A DNA stretch of 64,000 nt, taken from NCBI GenBank assembly GCA_009103225.1, contig RHPI01002491.1, forward strand, positions 1 to 64,000, given 5' to 3'. The stretch is from Chlorokybus atmophyticus (lineage: Eukaryota; Plantae; Mesostigma and Chlorokybus algae). Shown one piece after another: positions 52,717-61,926 of the stretch. The notes beneath the pieces are model-generated. The model saw nothing but the letters and a program-made list of their open reading frames with translations. It was not told where the DNA came from and made no database searches. How positions within the stretch are numbered: the first letter of the stretch is position 1; every line of letters starts with the position of its first letter. A program made the translations under genes and the position numbers.

Positions 52717-54522
52717 ATGGCGCCTTCACAAAAAGGCAACAGAGAGTTCAGGGGGCGCCCAGAGTATCCACAAGGTGTTCCTGCCAGGTTGTACAACACC
52801 ATACCCCGTCAAAAGTCAGCCAACAACGCCCCTGAGAGATTAACTTGGGTGAATGGCTGGAGGCAAGCTTGTGGGTTGGAACCCTTGTACTCACGCATGA
52901 CAGACAATGACGATGGTGTGGAGTACTCACCCCCACCGTCAAAGGAGCATGCTCCATTCTTCTGGGACGACAAGAAAAAGAAGGTTACACGAGAAGCACT
53001 GAAGTTCGCTTATAAACCTAACAGCACCTCTGCTCAACTGGTACGACCTAATAGTAGCAAAGCAGCTATGAAACGCAAACAAAAGCTACAACAGTTTATG
53101 GGATTTGAGTTTATGCACCGGCCTACTGTTGTTATGGGAGGAATCTTGCTGCATGGTCGTCAGCGGCATTCAGAACCTATGTACACACCACCTGCACGTA
53201 TTACTGGATTGCACGAAGGCATGCGGCATCAACTATTGCCCTCTCAACATGACCAGAGCGATGATGAATCGGAACTTGTGTTGGGTTTGAGCACGACCAT
53301 TGATGAGATGCTAGCGGAGAGCAGTGAGGAGCAACAACATTCACTAATTGTAACAAGTTGGGAGAGCTGTGGTCATTTTAAACTCTTAACAGAGCAACAA
53401 ACCATCAATCAACAACCACTTGCGATTGATGATACTGTGGTTTTGGGGCAGATTCCTAGCCAGGAAGCACAGGAGGCCATCCGGAAGCTACCCCAGCCCA
53501 CACCAAGCTCTCAACCCACTCACTCCGCTTCACAAGACGCTGTGGATTATGAGGAGAGCAGCTCTGCTGCCGAGCAGCTTGCTGCCGACACAGCAGGCAG
53601 CGTGGACCAGCCGCTGCCTGGGGCGGAAGCTGCTGAGGAAGTTTGCGCGGAACTTCTTGTGCCCAGGCTAGAAGTTTATGAGGAAGTTTGCAAACATTTC
53701 CTGCTAATACGGAAGTTGATTTGGATGATGGGAGTTTTTGTACCTGTTGCGGAAGTTGCTGCGGAAGTTGCTGCGGAGAAGGCCGGCGAGGGCAAGGAGG
53801 AAAATGAGGACGTGGTGGTTGTAGAAGCGCCGGTGGAAAAACTCCCATCATTTGTTCGGAAGCGTCTCGTGCGCCTCGGCAGTCAGGTCCCAGATGCAAC
53901 CTTGTCTGCAAAAGCGGAAGTCCCAATTACATCCCCATTGGCGATTGTAGCGGTCCCAGAACCGTCTCCGCCTGCACTTGAGTCCCAAAGCGTACCCAAG
54001 GAGCAGTCCCAACCCCGCTCGGAGATGGAGAACATGTTCAACGCCCTCAAGGGGTACATAGACAAGGCGGTGAAGGCAGGGCTAGCGGCCGTTGCTCAGG
54101 ATGGACCAAAATCAACACCGGTCGGGACTACTGATCCGGCTTGCAAAGATCAGTACCGCAAGACTGAACCCGATCCAACGGATCAACGAACCTACAAAGA
54201 TCAGGTGGCTTGCAAAGATCGTTCCCGCTCACCACTCCGGCGGCGCTCAGTGGATCGCGGTCGCGACCGCTCCCCTCGGGGCAGGTCGCCGCGAGGCAGG
54301 CGGTCACCAGTGCGTACCAAGGCAACTCGAGGCAGGTCGCCGCGGCACTGGTCGCCAGTACGGGCGCGTACGCCACGTCGTTACGGCAAGTCGCCGATGC
54401 ACGCCCCTGCAAAGGAGGTGGCGGCGCCATCGACGGCTGTAATGGAGTCAGCACCAACGGTCATGAACAACTTTCCCTGGACGCGGGGACCATTAACCAA
54501 TATGGCTCCAACCAAGGCGTAA
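52717..54522 (+). CDS. Extra 601-aa ORF of Gypsy B (copy 2)
   Basis: Intact and near-identical to 43586..45391. Confidence 0.75.
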   Translation: MAPSQKGNREFRGRPEYPQGVPARLYNTIPRQKSANNAPERLTWVNGWRQACGLEPLYSRMTDNDDGVEYSPPPSKEHAPFFWDDKKKKVTREALKFAYKPNSTSAQLVRPNSSKAAMKRKQKLQQFMGFEFMHRPTVVMGGILLHGRQRHSEPMYTPPARITGLHEGMRHQLLPSQHDQSDDESELVLGLSTTIDEMLAESSEEQQHSLIVTSWESCGHFKLLTEQQTINQQPLAIDDTVVLGQIPSQEAQEAIRKLPQPTPSSQPTHSASQDAVDYEESSSAAEQLAADTAGSVDQPLPGAEAAEEVCAELLVPRLEVYEEVCKHFLLIRKLIWMMGVFVPVAEVAAEVAAEKAGEGKEENEDVVVVEAPVEKLPSFVRKRLVRLGSQVPDATLSAKAEVPITSPLAIVAVPEPSPPALESQSVPKEQSQPRSEMENMFNALKGYIDKAVKAGLAAVAQDGPKSTPVGTTDPACKDQYRKTEPDPTDQRTYKDQVACKDRSRSPLRRRSVDRGRDRSPRGRSPRGRRSPVRTKATRGRSPRHWSPVRARTPRRYGKSPMHAPAKEVAAPSTAVMESAPTVMNNFPWTRGPLTNMAPTKA

Positions 54523-54851
54523 TGACAGCGCGGGAGGAGGTAACAGGTACTGCAAGGTCAATTGGGGCCCATTGTGGTGGAGGCCAGGGGCAGGAAGATT
54601 GGCATCAACGGCAAGAGCGGCTTCCACCCCATTACCATGCAGTTGCCACATGATGAGAAGTATTCGTATTACACAATCCATGTCGCGGCAATGAGGGAGA
54701 ACCCGGAGGGTATTGTGATCGCTCTGCAGCCAGGACCAGTGCGGCAACCCCAGCAGCCTGTGACTATGTCATTTCCGACATTTCCTGACTTCATGTGACA
54801 TAGTAAAACCCAGGTGGGTTTTTATGTTAGTGGGGAGGGGCTTTTCACAGC

Positions 54852-55471
54852 TGTGGATACCGAACGGGTGCCCGTTGCAAATGGAGTGATCGGGCCGCGT
54901 GGCCCAATCACACGACAACAACGAAGCGTCGTGCGCGGGGCGCGAAGGCCGTCCGATGAAGGGCGGTGATGAAATGCTACATCAACGGCGGATAGGTGTT
55001 GATGTAGTTAAATAAATGTTGGTTATTTATTTAACCATGTGACGGCATAATAAATCAGTTAGCCACGGGTCTTACTACAGAAAATGACTGTAATTAACTA
55101 GGGAGGATGCCCTGGTGTGGCTATACTAGCATGTAGTAGTTGCATTGTTAACCAGATAGTGGTTGATAAGTTCATTTGTTATTGCATGCACAGCTGGATA
55201 AGACCAGTAACAAGGGTATAAAAGCAGTTCTTGGGCTCAGTCATAAGGTAGCCCGGGAGCCGCCATCACTTCAAGCATCTTACATACAAAAATGTCTTCT
55301 GAACTTGACTGAATGATGCATGGCGTGCATGTGAATGACAAAATGAATGTTGCTCATTGCCTCCCCGGGTGGGCATGAGCGGTGGTTTTTTTGTGCTAAC
55401 ATTTTGCACAGGCAATCCACGAGAGGGCGGTGGTGACTGCGCCACCACCGGTCACTCGCCGGCTTTTCACA
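54852..55471 (+). repeat. Family B 3' LTR, 620 bp, TGTG...CACA
   Basis: Same as the middle LTR plus 4 terminal bases (CACA); PPT at 54829-54840. Confidence 0.88.
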
Positions 55472-56014
55472 TGTGGCGGTCAGATATCGACGGCCAGTCA
55501 AGATATAGCCTTTCCCGGTTACACCCTTAGTTAGAAGGGCCTGTAGTTAGGTCTGTTAAGACCCATTTCCTGGTTACAACCTCTTTTTGTATTGGTTAGC
55601 CGTTGGATTTATTGACTATGTTGTGGTTGACACTGGTTAGTGTGTAGGTACCGCGCGCATTCTCAGTTAGCGTCGGTACCTTAGCCAGATAAGACCAGAG
55701 CTGGGCTAGTATATAAACACAGTCAGTGGTCATTGTTAGCTAGCCAAGCGAAGGTCAAAGACTGCAGTCAATCGTCCAAGTTATAAAGACCTTTAAAGAC
55801 CTTGAGAATGATGTTTCAAGTGTGCTTGGTTCAAGTGTAAAAGTGAAGAGTATGAAGTGTTTGTTTGTGACTAACTTGACAGGGGCCAAGTTTAATAAAG
55901 TGACCAAGGTAGTGTCGCGCGCGACACAAGTCAAGTTAAAGAAAGGCGACGGCGATTAAGTCACCGTCGCAAGTAACTGCCCACCGGCGGACCTAGCACG
56001 CCGGCGGACTCGAC
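55472..56014 (+). repeat. Family C 5' LTR (TGTGGCGG...GGACTCGAC, no terminal CA)
   Basis: TATA-like TATATAAA near 55710; followed by C and then the PBS. Confidence 0.88.
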
Positions 56015-56426
56015 CTGGTAATCGGAGCTTCTTCAAGATATTAAAGCCTTCAAGACCGAAGTCGGCAAGAAGGCGATACGCGGCGATCCAAGATCAATTT
56101 TGTTCGAGGGGGTGAAAGAGACGCTTTTGATAAAGAATAAAGAAGGGTGAATTGTTGGTAGAACAATTTACTGAAGGTACAAGGAAGTCAAGGGAGCAGG
56201 CGAGAGTGAAGCTTGTTCAAAGGCTACAAGTACCAAGATCTTAATCAAAAAATACTCCCGAGAAAAAGAGGAAAAGGACAAGAACAATCAAAAAAATCAA
56301 GAAAAATCAAGAAAAATCAAGATTATTCAAGAAAACAATACCAAAAAGGAAGAATCAAAAGTTGCCATCACGGCAGGTCATACAAGACAATCAGACTTGC
56401 GAGCAGCAGTAGAAACTTTGCTCAAC

Positions 56427-59400
56427 ATGGCAGAGCCACGAGACATTATGAAGATGAAGTTACCATCACCAAAGCTGTCCACTTTCAGTGGCGGGGAAGA
56501 AGAAGTTTTCACATGGATTTCCCATGTTGACTTCATGGCAAGCACCTACCAGTGGGATGAAGATATCAAGTTCAAGCTCGCAAGTACTCACCTGACAGGT
56601 GAAGCACAAAGATGGTACCTCAGCAATCAAGTGAAAACTTGGGAAGAATTATCAGAAGCTTTGAAGACACGCTTTGACACAGCCGATCCAACTCTATGGA
56701 TGACCAAGCTGCAAGAGAGAAAGCAAGGAAGAGATGAGAGTGTCCGAGCTTATGCAGATGGTTTAAACTAGCTGATAGAACGGTTGGGAGGAAAAGGCAA
56801 ATTTCCTGAAGACAGGAGGAAAGTGCGCTTCATTTAAGGGTTGCTGCCTCACCTAAAAGAGAGAGTGGTTGCCAGAAGACCCATCACCCAGCATGAAGCT
56901 GAGACGGAGGCTACATACTTCGAGGGGGTGATGCAAGATGAGGTTTCCACCTCACTGGGATTGAAGCCTAAAGACACTTCAAGTGAGGACAAACTCTCAA
57001 AGCAGTTGACCATTTTTATGAAGAAAATGGAGCTTCTTGAGAAAGGCATGACAAGTAAAACAGAAGGTCAGAAGTATGAGAGGAAGAAGTACGACGGTAA
57101 GAAGACTTCCAACTTCAAAGCACCATTCAGAGGTTCATGCTATGAGTGTGGTGAAGAGGGACTTCGCAAGTTTGAGTGTCCGAAACTAAAAGGAAAACAA
57201 CATTGCTCAGCAGAAGCAAACTAAGTTGAACTTTTGAGTGACTTTGGATCTGAAGATGACGTGGAATGTACCATGATAAGTATTTAAGAAGTATCAATGA
57301 AAGAAGAGGACATTCCCAGCACAAATGTGAACACACAGGCAGTGGTGGAAGGCATCAACGTTGTGGAATATCTGAACAACCTCAATGTGAAGATGAGTGT
57401 GACACAACTACTTGAAGAATGTCCAAAACAGCGGCAATTGCTGAAGGAATACTTGCAAGTCAAAGAAGAAAAACAAGCCAACAAAGCTTCGGGGGAAGAC
57501 TTTGCAACACCCATCTGTGAAGTCACTGTGCACACAGTGACACACACCAAAGCAAAGATTGCTGACAAAGAAATACAAGTAATTGTAAACTCAGGTGCTG
57601 CAGGCACGGTCATCAGCATAGGGATGTGCATCAAGTTGGGATTATTTCGGAAGGTGTGCCCATCTCAGCACATGATGAAGACAGCAGATGGAAAGCAAAG
57701 TGCTAGTGAAGGGGAAATTCACAATCTGCCTATCACCATTGGAAAGGCAACATGGCCAATTTTGGTCCGTGTTAGCAAGTCTTTTGAAGACTCTGTACTC
57801 ATTGGTACAGATTGGTTGGCCAAGGCAAATGCAACACTATCATACCCCAAGAAGCAGTTGGTGGTGAAGGATACAAACAGGCAAGAAAGCACGGTGAAGG
57901 TTGCATTCACAAAGAGTGATAGCATCAAGACCCAAGCGGTGCAAGTAAACCAGTTCCTGATCTCTGAAAAGCTCACACAAGAACAGACAGCCACGTTACT
58001 CAGCACGTTGTCAGAGTATGAGCAAGTGTTCACACACAAGGAAGACCCTGTTCCCAAGCTTGGACACACTTCACTGGTAGAGCATACCATTGACACAAGG
58101 GAGGCAGAACCAATCAAGCAAAGGCCTCACCGGATGTCACGCTCAGAGGAAAGGATTGTGGCCAAGCATGTGGAAGAAATGATAAAGATGAAGGTCATCA
58201 GACCATCACAAAGTGCATGGGCTTCACCAGTAGTATTAGCACAAAAACCCAATAGCAAAGTCAGGTTTTGTGTGGATTACCGCAAGCTCAATACTGTTAC
58301 CAAGAAGATGCCTATCCCATGCCGCGCACAGATGATGTGCTCGATGAGTTGGGCAAAGCAAAGTATTACAGCAAGTTGGACAACAGCGGCTATTAGCAAG
58401 TGCCCGTGAAGGAGGAGGACAAGCCAAAAACAGCTTTCATCACAAGGAATGGGTTATATGAATGGAATGTCATGCCATTCGGGTTGACATGTGCACCTGC
58501 AACCTAGCAAAGGCTGATGAATGTGCTCCCTGCCCCCTTCATTGGCCAATTTTGCATGGTGTTCCTCGACGATGTTATTGTGTACTCAAAGACACATGAG
58601 GAGCACGTGCAACACATAACTGCCATTCTTAAAGCTTGGAAGGAAGCAGGCTTGAGTTTGGAGCAGAGAAGTGTGTATTTGCAATGGACAAAGTAAACTT
58701 CTTAGGCCACCAGGTGACTACTGAAGGAGTGCACCCTGATGAGGACAAGGTAAAGGTGGTGAGGGAATTTGCAGCACCATCTACCCCCACAGAAGTAAGA
58801 TCTTTTTTAGTATTGGCCTCCTACTATAGAAGATTCATTGCGAACTTTGCCCACCTAGCCAATCCACTTCACCAACTCACCAAGCAAGGAGTTGAATTTT
58901 TGTGGGCAAACCCGCAGCAACAAGCCTTTGACACTCTGAAAAAGGCTTTGACATCGGCACCTGTGCTGACAAGACCAGATTTTTCTGCACCCTTCTATGT
59001 CATTACAGATGCTGCAGACGTACCACTTGGTGCGATACTGGCCCAAAGACCTGATGGTACAGCAAAAAGTGAGCAAGTGATTGCATATGCAAGCAGAGGC
59101 TTGACCCCAGCAGAGCGCAAACTACACCGTCACTGAGAAAGAGTGTTTGGCTATGGTGTGGGCCATGACCAAAATGTGGCGCGTGTACTTATATGGGACC
59201 AAGTTTATGGCCATCACTGACCACAACGCACTGCATTGGCTAATGACAACCAAAGACTTCACCGGAAGGCTTGCAAGATGGTCTCTGAAGTTGCAAAAGT
59301 TTGACTTTCAAGTGGAGTATAGGCCAGGTGAAAGGAATGGCAATGCTGATGCCTTAAGTCGCATACCTACAAGGCCGGCTAACCCATCTGTGTTGCACAT

Positions 59401-60550
59401 TGCAACCATCACAATTGACGGCCCCACCAACAGCAATGAGCAGCCTCAGGAGAGTCTGAATGTTGGGCGGGAGAAAGATGAGGCAAGCACACATGAAGAC
59501 ATCACTGATTAAGGCAGTAACCTTGCAGAGGAAGAAACAAGCTCAGAAGATAGCTACCCCACATACAAGGAAGAAGTTTTAGCACAATTGGAGCCTCAGC
59601 AAGAGATAACGTGTGAAAACTGCAGTAAAAAGCACTCAACCAAAGGGTGCACTGCATTATACATACATGAAGATAAGGAGGCAATGACCTACCTGACAGA
59701 AGGGGAGGACTCATTAGCTGGCTTTACTCAAAACCAGCGAAGACGTGTTCGCCGACGAGTGGTTACACTTTACTCCATCAATGGGGAGGTGTGGAAAAGA
59801 GGAGATACACCTCAATTAGACCGCAAGATCCCAACACAAGATGAGCGACAAGCATTACCTACACAGATGCACGACCAGTTTAGTCACATTGGAGTTAACC
59901 GCATGTATGAAGTTCTTAAGAAAGACTACTTCTGGGCACGCATGAAGGAAGAAGTACGCCAATATGTTGCCTCATGCAAGCTGTGCCAAGAAAACAAGCA
60001 AGTACGCAGAGTGCCGGCTCCATTGAAGTCCATTGTGGTGGAAAGTGAGCCATTCTTCAGAGTAGGCATTGACCTGGTTGGTCCCTTACAACCAAAGTCA
60101 CACAGGCTGGCAATGAATACATGGTGGTTGCCATTGACTACCTGACCAAGTGGATGGAGGCAAGAGGTGTGCCAAACAAACAGGCAATTCACATCTTCAA
60201 GTTCCTGCAAGAAGATATCATTGCCAGACACGGAGCCCCATTCATTTGGCAAAGTGACAATGGGGGAGAATTCATCAATGTGGCATTGCAAGCAGCATTG
60301 GACCAGGCAAACATTGTGCACTACAAGTCAGCAGGCTATCATCCTCAAACTAATTGGTTGGTAGAGCGCATGAATGGCATCATCAAGCGGGCAATCCTCA
60401 AGTACAACCAGCAAAAAGCTTGTTTGTGGGACACATATCTGCCTCACACACTGATGGCTTATCGCACCACAAAGCAGAAAAGCACGCAACACTCTCCATT
60501 CCAGCTGCTTTGTGGTCGAGAGCCAAGGTTGTTGACTCAAGTGTTGAGAC
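56427..60550 (+). pseudogene. Family C gag-pol, heavily disrupted and 3'-truncated in integrase
   Basis: LPSPKLSTFSG Gag; IVNSGAA protease; FLDDVI RT; RNase H; IN HHCC/DDE up to GREPRLLTQVLR. Confidence 0.9.
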
Positions 60551-61074
60551 GCTCCGATACCACGTCGAGTCCGCCGGCGTGCTAGGTCCGCCGGTGGGCA
60601 GTTACTTGCGACGGTGACTTGATCGCCGTCGCCTTTCTTTAACTTGACTTGTGTCGCGCGCGACACTACCTTGGTCACTTACAAACTTGGCCCCTAACAA
60701 GTTAGTCACAAACAAACACTTCATACTCTTCACTTTCACACTTGAAGCAAGCACACTTGAAACATCATTCTCACGATTGACTGCAGTCTTTGACCTTCGC
60801 TTGGCTAGCGAATGACCACTGACTGTGTTTATATACTAGCCCAGCTCTGGTCTTAACTGGCTAAGGTATCGACGCTAACTGAGAATGCGCGCGGTACTTA
60901 CACATTAACCAGTGTCAACCACAACATAGTCAATAAAATCCAACGGCTAACCAATACAAAAAGAGGTTATAACCAGGAAATGGGTCTTAACAGACCTAAC
61001 TACAGGCCCTTCTAACTAAGGGTGTAACCGGGAAAGGCTATATCTTGACTGGCCGTCGATATCTGACCGCCACA
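60551..61074 (-). repeat. Inverted family C PBS (60551-60562) plus 5'-type LTR (60564-61074)
   Basis: Reverse complement of 55472-56028 with about a dozen substitutions and a few indels, including one of 28 nt. Confidence 0.93.
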
Positions 61075-61490
61075 CGTTGACCAGCAGCGGGTGCGGTAGT
61101 CCCAGCAGCGTCCTGAGCGCGGTCCGGAAGATGTCGGCGGAAATACGAAGTGCCGGTAGCCACGCGCCAGCACCGATAGCACCGATAGCCACGCGCCAGC
61201 ACCGACACCGGAAGCCGATTGGCGCCGCGCTCTGTCGGTGGTAGCCGCGGTGGCATTGAGTCGGCCGACCAACGCGGCGTTGACGGTGACTGAGATGTCC
61301 TCCTGCAGCTTCCGCGCTTTTACGCGCGCCAACGCCGATAAGGGCGGAAGTGTGGGGCGCGCCGATGGTGGCAGCAGCTGCGTGGCAGCTCTCAAATCGC
61401 GTTGAAAAGGCAAAACGCCGACGTCGGCGTTGTCGATGGCGTCGACGAAAGGCCGTGATGGAGGGGCGGTGAAACGGCGGCGCAGTTGGC
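61075..61490 (-). mobile_element. Upstream fragment of the CRE-like non-LTR element (post-RT region), 5'-truncated
   Basis: ARRQSASGVGAGAWL...FRTALRTLLGLP motif; a 29-nt internal duplication (61157-61205) causes a frameshift; same strand as 36592-36995. Confidence 0.75.
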
Positions 61491-61926
61491 ATGTGCAATA
61501 ATGGATGTCTAAGTGTGCACATCCACATGCACACATGCAGTACCAAATCGCCACGAGAGTCCACTCCATGTTTGTATGCACACCCCCTATGGCATGTGCT
61601 GCATAGCAGAATTTGCTGTGCAGCCCCCACTTATCAGCCAACCCAAGCTCACATCATTAAAAGTGTTGCAAATCCAAGTCCAGTTATCACGCATCTACCA
61701 GAAACATAACTGGTGCATTGGTTCCGCAACTAGTTATGCATGCTATCAGCGTGCTGAGTGCCGGGCAGATATTGTGTACGTAAAATGCTGGCTAGGCTTA
61801 GTATATCAGTTTACCAAGAAGAGTTACCATGTCATTCAAACAGAAAAGGCCCTCTCAAGGCAAAACACAACCAGTAACTATACCTCGTCGTGTTTGCCTC
61901 ATCAACAACACATGCACTACGGTGTG

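Larger units (their letters stand above)
45719..55471 (+). mobile_element. Gypsy family B, copy 2: full-length, about 9.75 kb, degenerate gag-pol plus extra ORF
   Basis: LTR-PBS-gag(CCHC)-PR(VIDTGAS)-RT(FFDDIM)-RH-IN-extra ORF-PPT-LTR. Confidence 0.95.
55472..61074 (+). mobile_element. Gypsy family C (Gag related to family B), degenerate, bounded by INVERTED LTR+PBS copies; integrase truncated
   Basis: LTR 55472-56014, PBS-like TGGTAATCGGAGC 56016-56028, gag from 56427, PR/RT/RH/IN to about 60550, then the reverse-complement PBS and LTR. Confidence 0.9.

Noticed and set aside
42217-55471. Assembly artefact duplicating 4.1 kb
   Set aside because: Each copy carries private substitutions and indels (e.g. 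a 5-nt deletion only in copy 2, stops only in copy 1).
55472-61074. DIRS-type element because of the inverted terminal repeats
   Set aside because: It encodes an aspartic protease and a DDE integrase and has tRNA PBSs; no tyrosine recombinase was seen.
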